Counted from the stretch's first letter, positions 1-7,743 are shown. The stretch: DNA of 32,764 bases from Deltaproteobacteria bacterium (GCA_032127235.1 JAQAZR010000110.1:1-32764), one strand, 5' to 3'. Numbers and translations are program-made. The notes: a model not told the origin generated them from the sequence alone.

Positions 1-1253
1 CCGCAGCAGCCCGAGTGCGAGCCCAGCAGATACGGCTCGGTGGGCATGACTTCGGAGTTTTTCTTTTCCGGCTCGGTGTTGGTGGCACACCACAGGTTGG
101 CCTGGCCGCAGGTCATGTCGAGGAAGTCTTCCCAAGCTTCGGATTCGAGGTGCTTGAGTTCCTTCTTGTCCATGGTCTTGCCGAGTTCGGCCAGTGCGCT
201 GACTGTGTCCATGATGATCGGGCCGCGGCCCTCTTTCATCTCGAAGAGCATCAGGTGGTTCCGCAGACAGGTCGGGGTGATGGCGGCGGTTCCGTAAGGC
301 GCATACTTCTGAAGCTCGGCTTTGGCGGCGTCACTGGCAGCGAAGTTTTCGCCCAGGCCGTTAAGCGTCTTGGCCTTGAACAACAGGAACCAGGCCCCGA
401 CCGGACCGTAACCGTCTTTGAAACGAGCCGGGGTGAACCGGTTTTCCATCATCGACAGCTCGGCACCGACGCGCATGAGCATGGTGTAGGTGGAGCCGGA
501 GTTCCATACCGGATACCAGGCCCGGCCTTTGCCTTCACCCATCGAACGCGGCTGATAGATGTTGACCGCGCCGCCGCAGGCGACCATCATGGTCTTGCAT
601 TTGATGATGAAGACTTTGTTTTCACGGACGGAGAACCCGACCGCACCGGCGATCTGGTTTGGCTTATTGGCGTCCAGGAGAAGCTCGACGATAAAGCACC
701 GTTCCAGGACATTCTCATCACCTATTGCCAGTTTGGCCGCTTCGGCCACGATTCTTTTGTAAGATTCGCCGTTGATCATAATCTGCCATTTACCGGTGCG
801 AACCGGTTGGGCCCCGGACTTCAGGGTCCCCATGGCCTGGCCCTTTTTACCGTCCAGGGTTTTGCCTTCGGCGCTCTTCTTCCAGACCGGCAGGCCCCAT
901 TCTTCGAACAGATGGACCGAGTCGTCCACGTGGCAGCCGAGGTCGAAAATCAGGTCTTCGCGAACGATCCCCATCAGGTCGTTGCGGACCATGCGGACGT
1001 AGTCGTCGGGCGAGTTATCGCCGATGAAGGTATTGATGGCGGAAAGCCCCTGGGCAACCGCGCCGCTTCTTTCCATGGCGGCCTTGTCGCATATCAGGAC
1101 ACTCTGGCCCTCGGACATCCATTTTTTAACTTCAAATGCTGCACCGCAGGCCGCCATACCGCCGCCGACGATCAGAATATCAACTTCACGCTCCTCAACT
1201 TCAGGGTCCTTTACGGCCTTAAGTTCACCCAAAGGTTTATTTGGTAATGCCAT
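1..1253 (-). CDS. aprA: Adenylylsulfate (APS) reductase alpha subunit, first ~417 codons; the gene continues past the left edge
   Basis: I translated the minus strand from the ATG at 1253-1251, which has SD AAGGAGG 7 nt upstream. The product reads MALPNKPLGELKAVKDPEVEEREVDILIVGGGMAACGAAFEVKKW...ERSGAVAQGLSAINTFIGDNSPDDYVRMVRNDLMGIVREDLIFDLGCHVDDSVHLFEEWGLPVWKK...MPTEPYLLGSHSGCCG. It has the FAD-binding GGGxAxxGAA motif and long collinear resemblance to AprA. The frame stays open to position 3. It is absent from the ORF track because it has no stop in the window. The listed 15..1247 + ORF is its antisense shadow. Confidence 0.93.
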   Translation of the reverse strand, partial: MALPNKPLGELKAVKDPEVEEREVDILIVGGGMAACGAAFEVKKWMSEGQSVLICDKAAMERSGAVAQGLSAINTFIGDNSPDDYVRMVRNDLMGIVREDLIFDLGCHVDDSVHLFEEWGLPVWKKSAEGKTLDGKKGQAMGTLKSGAQPVRTGKWQIMINGESYKRIVAEAAKLAIGDENVLERCFIVELLLDANKPNQIAGAVGFSVRENKVFIIKCKTMMVACGGAVNIYQPRSMGEGKGRAWYPVWNSGSTYTMLMRVGAELSMMENRFTPARFKDGYGPVGAWFLLFKAKTLNGLGENFAASDAAKAELQKYAPYGTAAITPTCLRNHLMLFEMKEGRGPIIMDTVSALAELGKTMDKKELKHLESEAWEDFLDMTCGQANLWCATNTEPEKKNSEVMPTEPYLLGSHSGCC

Positions 1254-1325
1254 ATTTCGTCCTCCTTAAGTAGATATAGATTTTCGTGTTTTTCTGAATT
1301 TGGAATCTGAAAAGTCAGCACCTGC

Positions 1326-1763
1326 CTAAACCGTTGCCTTGGGCTTCCGAATCTCGTAACCCTCGGCTTCCTGTGTGGCCAACAGGCCGCTCTCAATATC
1401 CTTGCCTTTCAGATCCTTGTAAGCATTGGCCGTACCTTCCGCAGTGGTTCGAATGGGGAACTTGAAGCGTTTGATGAGGCCGTTTCTGAACTTGCAGGTC
1501 CACATGACATCCTCGGTGCCCAGCATCGGCATGACACTGCTTCCGAGCGGAACGAAATCGGCATAACCGCGAACTTCCACGGCCTGGGTGGGGCAGATCT
1601 TGACGCAGGAAAAGCACTCCCAGCACTGGTCGGGCTCCTGGTTGTATGCTTTCATTGCGTTGGGATCCAACACCATCAGGTCGTTGGGGCAAATGTACAT
1701 ACAAGCAGTCTTGTCACCGCCCTTGCAGCCGTCACATTTTTCATCAATTACAAAACTTGGCAT
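1326..1763 (-). CDS. aprB: Adenylylsulfate reductase beta subunit (2x[4Fe-4S] ferredoxin-like)
   Basis: This 145-aa ORF begins MPSFVIDEKCDGCKGGDKTACMYICPNDLM and contains CWECFSCVKICPTQA. It also has the AprB-specific tail MWTCKFRNGLIKRFKFPIRTT. SD AGGAGG lies 8 nt upstream. The aprB-then-aprA order is the canonical one. Confidence 0.93.
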   Translation of the reverse strand: MPSFVIDEKCDGCKGGDKTACMYICPNDLMVLDPNAMKAYNQEPDQCWECFSCVKICPTQAVEVRGYADFVPLGSSVMPMLGTEDVMWTCKFRNGLIKRFKFPIRTTAEGTANAYKDLKGKDIESGLLATQEAEGYEIRKPKATV

Positions 1764-2028
1764 TGACTATACCTCCTCGTTTGTTTTTGGATCAATTTCC
1801 AACATGAAACATCCGCCAATATTCTGTCCTAAAAAATTGGTCCTTAACACCCCCCTTCTTCTATTCGGCCAAAAGCTCTCAGACCATTTTGGCGCGTCTT
1901 GATTTTATGACACGGCGTGACTGCCGTTTTCGCTCGTTATTCAACCGGAAAAGCCGGTATCGGAGAAATGGCGCTCAGACAAAATATATCTTATAAAATC
2001 AATAATATATAGCCTAAGCAAAGTAGAA

Positions 2029-2057
2029 TGTTTATCATCCAACATTTTTCTTGTCAA
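2029..2057 (-). promoter_or_regulatory. Candidate sigma-70 promoter for aprBA (TTGACA-17 nt-TAAACA), implying a ~260-nt leader
   Basis: On the minus strand, TTGACA sits at 2057-2052 and TAAACA at 2034-2029 with a 17-nt spacer. Both lie inside the very AT-rich 540-bp spacer upstream of aprB. The -10 element is weak, and this is a pattern match only. Confidence 0.3.
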
Positions 2058-2235
2058 GAACTTTCGAGTAATCAAATGTTAAAATAATTAAGCCTTTAAA
2101 CACCGCCTCATGATGTTTCAACATATAGCTGGCCAAGTTTAAAACAGCACTACATCTTGTATAAAAAGCGAAAAAGTCCCTCATTTAAACGGTCCAACGA
2201 TTCGACCGCCGGCCGCCATCGAAACAGCAGGGTTC

Positions 2236-2291
2236 ATTGCGGGTTGCGGGTTACGAGTTGCAAGTTACGGGTTACGGGTTGCGGGTTGCCG
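2236..2291 (+). repeat. Eight tandem 7-bp units (ATTGCGG GTTGCGG GTTACGA GTTGCAA GTTACGG GTTACGG GTTGCGG GTTGCCG)
   Basis: Read directly from the sequence: GTT recurs every 7 nt from 2243 to 2287. The array sits immediately upstream of the first YkgJ paralog. Confidence 0.9.
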
Positions 2292-2343
2292 ATCTCGGCC
2301 GGCCGTGTTACAGGTAGCGGCTAAAAAGGGTCGGCAAATTATC

Positions 2344-3087
2344 ATGGATGCTAACATCATGCCGTTGACCGGTGACACGGCCTTCTCATTCGACTGCTCA
2401 CCGGCGGTGCCGTGCTTCAACGCATGCTGCCGCGATTTGAACCAGGCATTGTCCCCATATGACATCCTGCGGCTGAAAAACAGGTTGGGACTCCCGTCGG
2501 GACAATTTCTCAAAACCCACACCGTCCGGCACATCGGACCGGAGACCGGCCTGCCGGTGATCTCTTTGAGATTCGACAACCGGATAAACCGGCAGTGCCC
2601 GTTTGTCACCCCCGAGGGGTGCCGGGTTTACAACGATCGGCCCGCCTCCTGCCGGCTCTATCCCCTTGCCCGCGGCACGTCCCGCGACCGCCTCAGCGGC
2701 CGAATCAGCGAGCACTTCGCCCTGATCCAAGAACCACACTGTCGCGGCTTCTGTCAGAAAACCGCGCGGACGGCGCGCGGATGGATGCGCGACCAGGGGC
2801 TTGAGCCTTACAACCGTTTCAACGACCTTTTCCTTGAAATGATCAGCCTCAAGAATCGCCTGATACCCGGCCCGCTCGACCCGGAACCGGAGAGCCTTTT
2901 TTACACGGCCCTGTACGACATCGATTCGTTTCGGGCCCTGATCTCGCAGAAAAGCTATGCTGAACGCTGGGGCATCGATCCGGCTGAGCTGGCGACGCTG
3001 GAAGTCGATGACATCCAACTGTTGAGATTCGCCCATGCCTGCGTAAAAAAATCCGTGTTCGGGGGAACCGGAAACCGCGCGGGTTGA
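2344..3087 (+). CDS. YkgJ-family cysteine-cluster protein (UPF0153, putative Zn/Fe-chelating CxxCxxCC domain), paralog 1
   Basis: It carries the Cys motifs FDCSPAVPCFNACCRD and RQCPFVTPEGCRVYNDRPASCRLYPL. It is collinear over its full length with the 4091..4873 paralog. The start is uncertain, with candidates GTG 2305, ATG 2344 and ATG 2359. Confidence 0.8.
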   Translation: MDANIMPLTGDTAFSFDCSPAVPCFNACCRDLNQALSPYDILRLKNRLGLPSGQFLKTHTVRHIGPETGLPVISLRFDNRINRQCPFVTPEGCRVYNDRPASCRLYPLARGTSRDRLSGRISEHFALIQEPHCRGFCQKTARTARGWMRDQGLEPYNRFNDLFLEMISLKNRLIPGPLDPEPESLFYTALYDIDSFRALISQKSYAERWGIDPAELATLEVDDIQLLRFAHACVKKSVFGGTGNRAG

Positions 3088-3142
3088 CACATTTTTCGGT
3101 TGCACCCCCCGAGTCAGTCGCAACCACGGCGGAACATATAAA

Positions 3143-3958
3143 ATGGAACTCGACGGCAAAGTTGCTCTGGTGCTCGGTGCGATCAAGGGTATCGGCAAGG
3201 GTGTCGGCTTGGCCCTTGCGGCACAGGGGGCCGGTGTCGCCCTTAATTATTACGACTGGGAAGAGAGCCTGCCGGATCTTCAGCAGATTTTCGCCGAACA
3301 GTCGTCACCCTACCTGATCCTCCGTACGAACCTGATCGAAACCGAAGCGATCAAAGGTCTCATCCGCCGGGTCATCGATCACTTCGGTCGCCTCGATATC
3401 CTGATCAACAATATCGAGAGAGGTGGTTGGCCCATCGTCCATGGGCCCTACCTGCGGCAGCAATGGGACCTCGAAATCGACACCTGCCTGCGGGCCAAAC
3501 GATGGGTTTTCGAAGAAGCCCTGCCCCACCTAAAGGCCAGCAAAAACGGTGTGGTCATCAACATTTCCTCTATCGCCGGCATCGTCGGCCGCACCGGACC
3601 TGCGGGTCCGTTTTTCAACGAGGGCTATGCGGCCGCCAATCGTGGCATCTCCCTCTTGACCGAAACCTGGGCCCGCATAGGCGCCCCCGAGATCCGCGTG
3701 AATGAACTCATGCTCGGCTTCGTTGAAAGCCGGCACGGCCGGGGCACCCGCGGCTGGGGCCTGCTGTCCGGTGATCAGAAACAGGCCCTGATCGACCACA
3801 CTCTGGTGGCCAGAACGGGCACCATCGCAGATGTGGTCAAGGCGGTTCTTTTCATGGTCAAGGACGCCCCGTTCATGACGGGGACCGTCCTGCGGTTGGA
3901 TGGCGGCTACGTTCTGGGAGGCGATCGCGTGGCAGCCATGCCACCGGGCGTCCTTTAG
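3143..3958 (+). CDS. Short-chain dehydrogenase/reductase (SDR) family protein, atypical active-site region
   Basis: It has a Rossmann N-terminus DGKVALVLGAIKGIGKGVG, INNIE at the NNAG position, NISSIAG, and a C-terminal TGTVLRLDGGY. The expected YxxxK motif reads YAAANR, so the Lys is missing. Confidence 0.8.
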   Translation: MELDGKVALVLGAIKGIGKGVGLALAAQGAGVALNYYDWEESLPDLQQIFAEQSSPYLILRTNLIETEAIKGLIRRVIDHFGRLDILINNIERGGWPIVHGPYLRQQWDLEIDTCLRAKRWVFEEALPHLKASKNGVVINISSIAGIVGRTGPAGPFFNEGYAAANRGISLLTETWARIGAPEIRVNELMLGFVESRHGRGTRGWGLLSGDQKQALIDHTLVARTGTIADVVKAVLFMVKDAPFMTGTVLRLDGGYVLGGDRVAAMPPGVL

Positions 3959-3960
3959 TC

Positions 3961-4071
3961 AAGGCCGAAGGCGCACGGCAAACGGCAGAAAGGCGGGATG
4001 AACCAAGCCGGTGAATCTTAGACCGTCAGCCTTTAACCTTTTGCCTTTAGCCATTTGCCTTTGGCCTTGCA
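3961..4071. terminator. Imperfect 32-bp inverted repeat built from 7-bp-phased units between convergent genes; probable bidirectional terminator or hairpin
   Basis: The left arm (3961-3992, aaggccgaaggcgcacggcaaacggcagaaag) matches the reverse complement of 4037-4068 (aaggccaaaggcaaatggctaaaggcaaaagg) at 24 of 32 positions. Three more positions become G-U pairs in the plus-strand RNA. The right arm consists of six CCTTTNG-type heptamers (4030-4071). Confidence 0.5.
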
Positions 4072-4090
4072 TACTAATATTATCATCGTC

Positions 4091-4873
4091 CTATCGGGGC
4101 CGGATCTGCTTGGAGGTCACTCCCCAGACAAACAGCTTGATCCAGTCAAATCCCAGTTTGAGCAGGGCCGCATCATCACTGCGGATTTTCTTTACAAGAG
4201 CGGCCTTGAGTTTGTAACGGTTTAAAAAACTGCTGGCGAACACAAATTCTCGAAACCGGTCGATGTTGTAAGCCGCCATGAAAGCCATCCTGGCCTTCGG
4301 TCCTTCGGGTCCTTCGCTGCCCCAGGGATCTCTTTGAAAGAGCTGTTTGATTTCAGCCCAGCTGAGCGTCATTTTGTTGTAAGTAAGGGCCTCCTGATCT
4401 TGTGACCAGGTGTCGATGGTCCAGAGCGTTTTCTCCTGCTGGCCGAGGCAAAAATCAGGGGGTCTGAAAAAATGCACGGGTTCGTTTTTATCGGAGCGGG
4501 TATCGTAACGCACTCCCTGTTCGACCGGAAATGTGCGGCAGGTGTCGGGGCGGTCCGGATAGACGGAGCAGCCGGAATCGGTTAAAAAGGGACAGGTGCG
4601 TTCCGCATTGTCGGCCATGTGGAGCAGAACATCGGGGAAAAAATTGAAATCCCGCAACACCACGTCCACATACTGGTCCAGAAAGCGGTCCGAGTCGATC
4701 CCCAAGGTTCTCTTGAGCCGAATGACATCGTAGGGGTACAGAAAAAGATTCAGGTTACGGCAGCACCGGTTGAAGCAAGCGATGTCCGCATGGCAACGGA
4801 AGGCAAAGCTGTCGCCGGACTTCAGCTGAATCCCGGGTAGATTGTTCAGATCCTTCTCGTCGATGTATTTCAT
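4091..4873 (-). CDS. YkgJ-family cysteine-cluster protein, paralog 2
   Basis: It carries FRCHADIACFNRCCRN and RTCPFLTDSGCSVYPDRPDTCRTFPV. It has the same length (260 aa) and the same motif spacing as paralog 1. Confidence 0.8.
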   Translation of the reverse strand: MKYIDEKDLNNLPGIQLKSGDSFAFRCHADIACFNRCCRNLNLFLYPYDVIRLKRTLGIDSDRFLDQYVDVVLRDFNFFPDVLLHMADNAERTCPFLTDSGCSVYPDRPDTCRTFPVEQGVRYDTRSDKNEPVHFFRPPDFCLGQQEKTLWTIDTWSQDQEALTYNKMTLSWAEIKQLFQRDPWGSEGPEGPKARMAFMAAYNIDRFREFVFASSFLNRYKLKAALVKKIRSDDAALLKLGFDWIKLFVWGVTSKQIRPR

Positions 4874-4933
4874 AAATCGGGGGTAATGGGTTTAACAATT
4901 CGAGTCGCAGTCGCTCGCGAGGAACCTGTTGTT

Positions 4934-5596
4934 TTAAAACGCCAGGATCATTTCCGCCACAGTCATTTTTATTTTTCCAGCACCGGGTATATCCCGCCTC
5001 AGTGCCTGCTCGATACCGGCGAGATCCCGATAAAAGGGTGTCCGGTCGAATGGGATGTAAGTCATCTGCCCGCAGCGTTCCACAAATGAAGCACATCCCG
5101 GCGTACGGCTTGTTTGGCCGTCCGGCCGGTGCAGTTCACTGGGGATGCCGTGCAACCGGCAGATCATCGGTCGATACGCGTAGAGACAGCAGCGGTTGTC
5201 AAAGTTGAGCGGACACATCTGTCGCGGAGGCGGGCCGTTTCTTTCGGCCGGCTGCACGGCACTGCAAACCGCTTCCGCCTTCTCTCTTATGGCAAGCTGT
5301 CGCTTCCGGTCCAGGGCGCGGAATCCTTTAGATAAATAGAAAAACTCGAGATGGGTGTGATGATGAAACAACGTCAGGCAGCAGTTGTCTTCACATCCGT
5401 TGCACGCGAAGCCGTAATGGTCGGCGGTGTTTTTGTAAGACCGGTCCATTGAAGCGTACAGCTGTTCCAGCCGGACAAGATGCCGACCGAAATGCTCCGG
5501 TGTCGAGAAGGGTTTATGCGTTGTAGGCAGCACGGTCACTTGGTTCGAACACGAGGGGTGAAGGAAAAAAAATCCGCTCATAGAGATCCATGGCAT
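4934..5596 (-). CDS. YkgJ-family cysteine-cluster protein, paralog 3 (shorter, more divergent)
   Basis: It carries FACNGCEDNCC and QMCPLNFDNRCCLYAYRPMICRLHG. The only in-frame ATG, GTG or TTG codons upstream of the conserved LEQLYASMD region are at 5596 and 5581. The CDS therefore overlaps the 3' end of the upstream dGTPase-like gene by 68-83 nt. Confidence 0.7.
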   Translation of the reverse strand: MPWISMSGFFFLHPSCSNQVTVLPTTHKPFSTPEHFGRHLVRLEQLYASMDRSYKNTADHYGFACNGCEDNCCLTLFHHHTHLEFFYLSKGFRALDRKRQLAIREKAEAVCSAVQPAERNGPPPRQMCPLNFDNRCCLYAYRPMICRLHGIPSELHRPDGQTSRTPGCASFVERCGQMTYIPFDRTPFYRDLAGIEQALRRDIPGAGKIKMTVAEMILAF

Positions 5597-6632
5597 GGCT
5601 GTCGGTCAGACTCGCGATAAAATCGCATACCCGGCGTTCGACCGGTTGATCCAGGTGATTGCAGTTTCCCATGCCGATTTTGATCATCTCCAGCTCCAGT
5701 CGCTCCGGCTGTTCCAGAAAATAGCCGTAGAGTTCGATCAGGATTTTTTTGGCCTTCACGAACTCGTTGTGCACTTTCGGTGAGCGGTAAACATTTTCGT
5801 ACAGAAATTCGCGCAGACTGGTCATGGCGGCTGAGACCCGGTCGCTCATCCGCAGGCAGAAACGGTCGTCAACGACGCTGCTGTTGTAGACCAGGTCCCT
5901 GATCATGGTCGTGGCCCTTTCGGGATGGGTGCGGCCGATGACTTGCCCGCATTCCTGCGGCACCTGCTCTTCCACGATGACGCCGCTGCGGATGGCGTCC
6001 TCCAGGTCGTGGTTCAAATAAGCCATGATATCGGCGATTCTCACAATGCGCCCCTCGACCGTGACCGCCAGCTCGCCTGGATCATCCGGGATGATCTTGC
6101 CGTATCCCTTGGAGTGTTTGAGAATGCCGTCGCGCACTTCATATGTGAGGTTCAGTCCGTCACCGTTGCGCTCCAGCACGTCAACCACCCGCAGGCTCTG
6201 GGCTTTATGCGTAAAATGATCGGAATAGACTTCTTTCAGCGCCGTTTCGCCGCCGTGCCCGAAGGGCGTGTGACCCAGATCGTGCCCAAGCGCAATCGCT
6301 TCGGCCAGATCCTCGTTGAGTCTGAGGGCCCGCGCAATGTTGCGCGCCATTTGCGATACTTCGAGCGTGTGGGTCAGCCGGGTCCGATACTGATCGCCCA
6401 GCGGGGCGAGAAACACCTGGGTTTTGTGTTTCAACCGTCTGAAAGCATTGGAGAACACGATTCGATCACGGTCCACCTGGAAGGCGGTACGAATCGGACA
6501 GGGCTTCTCAGGACGCCGACGCCCGCGCGACGCCGCGCTCAGGCAGCCAAAGGGCGACATGAAGCTGCGCTCCCTATTTTCAAAATCCTCTCGAATCGAC
6601 AGCATGCGGCACTTCGAACCCTTGCGATTCAC
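5514..6632 (-). CDS. dgt: Deoxyguanosinetriphosphate triphosphohydrolase-like HD-domain protein
   Basis: Motifs FQVDRDRIVFSNAFRRLKHKTQVF, RLTHTLEVSQMARNIA and GHDLGHTPFGHGGE are present. The start is either GTG 6632 or ATG 6605. Confidence 0.85.
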   Translation of the reverse strand: MNRKGSKCRMLSIREDFENRERSFMSPFGCLSAASRGRRRPEKPCPIRTAFQVDRDRIVFSNAFRRLKHKTQVFLAPLGDQYRTRLTHTLEVSQMARNIARALRLNEDLAEAIALGHDLGHTPFGHGGETALKEVYSDHFTHKAQSLRVVDVLERNGDGLNLTYEVRDGILKHSKGYGKIIPDDPGELAVTVEGRIVRIADIMAYLNHDLEDAIRSGVIVEEQVPQECGQVIGRTHPERATTMIRDLVYNSSVVDDRFCLRMSDRVSAAMTSLREFLYENVYRSPKVHNEFVKAKKILIELYGYFLEQPERLELEMIKIGMGNCNHLDQPVERRVCDFIASLTDSHAMDLYERIFFPSPLVFEPSDRAAYNA

Positions 6633-6821
6633 CTAACAATTCATCGAAAAATTCTTCTACAAATTCTATATAACAGCATAAAAGGGCCTCCGTCAGTCTC
6701 GATCCTGTCCGGAGGAAAAGGTTTGATGTATCCCACGATACAGGTTCATGTAAAGCCTAAACCGAGAGCAGAGGTCTATTTTCCATTGAAGCGGGTGGTT
6801 CTCGGCGAACCTGTACATGGA

Positions 6822-7034
6822 GCCGGGTGACCGGATTTTAAAGTGGTCAACTGTTTGAGCGCATTAGTCCCGCTGCGGCGGGATTGAACCGAACAATAAG
6901 AAGGTATTTGTCGAACTCGGGATTATGGAGGTTTAGATTCAATCATTTTCGAAGCCTCAACCTTGTTCGGTTTTAGGCTCGCTTTTGCGCGAGTTTTGTC
7001 CCGCCTAGGCGGGATAAAAATCCGGTCACCCGGC
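6822..7034. mobile_element. 213-bp MITE-like or large palindromic element with perfect 18-bp terminal inverted repeats
   Basis: GCCGGGTGACCGGATTTT at 6822-6839 is the exact reverse complement of 7017-7034. An internal second inverted repeat pairs AACCGAACAA with TTGTTCGGTT. Two same-orientation hairpins are present: GTCCCGC-tgcg-GCGGGAT (6867-6884) and GTCCCGC-ctag-GCGGGAT (6998-7015). The element has no coding capacity. Confidence 0.6.
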
Positions 7035-7128
7035 GTAATCTATAGGATTCTTATTTTCACCGAGGATTTCTGCATTGAAACTGGCGGGGTTGACACCCCC
7101 ATAATATTGGAGTAGCGAAACGATTTAA

Positions 7129-7680
7129 ATGAACGGTCACCATCTGATACTCGGCGAACTGACCGACACCATTACGGGTGAAACCCTGGCCGACACTCAT
7201 GACGAACGCCATCGCCAGAAACTGGCCCGACTGTTGGTTGAAAAAAAGGGATATCGGCGGAGTGACATTCACCCCCGCCAATCCCTGATAGCCCGGGCCG
7301 GCTCACATCAGGCCATGGTCAAAATCGATTTTGTGGTAACGCTCCAGGGTCGGCTCTCCATGATTGTCAAATACGGCCCCGGCTCGATCGTCACCCGCCA
7401 CCGCTCTGCCCTGGCGGCCTCCCGCCTGCTGGCGCCCTATCAGATTCCCGTCGTCGTGGCAACCAACGGGGAGGATGCCGATGTACTGGACGGATCCACC
7501 GGTCGCGTCATCGACCACGGCCTGGAGGCGCTTCCGGATAGAGAGCGGCTGCTGGCGATGATTGCAACCGCTGCATTTGAACCTATTTCTCCGCACCGGG
7601 CCCAGATGGAGTCGCGGCTTTTCTATGCCTACGAGGTCAATGGCGCTTGTCCATGTGACGATACGATCTGTCGCCTTTAG
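7129..7680 (+). CDS. Short HsdR-N-terminal-domain-like protein (type I restriction enzyme R N-terminal domain family)
   Basis: This is a 183-aa ORF. The stretches DTHDERHRQKLARLLVEKKGY, KYGPGSIVTRHRSALAASRL, VVVATNGEDADVLD and the C-terminal CPCDDTICRL match my memory of this small family, which is conserved in Desulfobacterota. The assignment was not verified by search. Confidence 0.55.
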   Translation: MNGHHLILGELTDTITGETLADTHDERHRQKLARLLVEKKGYRRSDIHPRQSLIARAGSHQAMVKIDFVVTLQGRLSMIVKYGPGSIVTRHRSALAASRLLAPYQIPVVVATNGEDADVLDGSTGRVIDHGLEALPDRERLLAMIATAAFEPISPHRAQMESRLFYAYEVNGACPCDDTICRL

Positions 7681-7743
7681 AGGCTCAAGAAGGACAACTA
7701 TCAGGCACCGGGTCGGCAAGGCGCGACCGGACAGGGATCTAAC

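Noticed and set aside
15-1247. A 410-aa plus-strand ORF covers the left end of the window.
   Set aside because: It is the antisense shadow of aprA. The minus strand translates into an unmistakable AprA sequence with an SD and an ATG at 1253. The plus-frame product is low-complexity with no motifs.
2398-3198. Several long ORFs lie antisense to recognised genes: 2398..3198 -, 5925..6830 +, 7895..8548 -, 10285..11247 -, 23415..24155 - and 25515..26204 -.
   Set aside because: Each lies entirely opposite a gene with strong family motifs in GC-rich DNA. Their products are Arg/Gly/Pro-rich and have no SD or recognisable domains. They are typical shadow ORFs.
6726-6830. A 34-codon ORF (MYPTIQVHVKPKPRAEVYFPLKRVVLGEPVHGAG) has GGAGG 10 nt upstream, and its stop lies inside the left terminal repeat of the MITE-like element.
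   Set aside because: It has no recognisable family and is very short. Without the element the frame would stop after one more codon anyway, so there is no evidence of a disrupted gene. It is retained only as a note.
6862-7024. The two GTCCCGC-N4-GCGGGAT hairpins, with flanks resembling type I-E repeats (GAGTT..CCCGC....GCGGGATAAA..CCG), could be a degenerate CRISPR array.
   Set aside because: There are only two copies, about 131 bp apart, which is not a 60-61 bp period. No intermediate repeat is present, the flanks differ between copies, there are no cas genes, and both copies sit inside a larger palindromic element bounded by 18-bp terminal inverted repeats.
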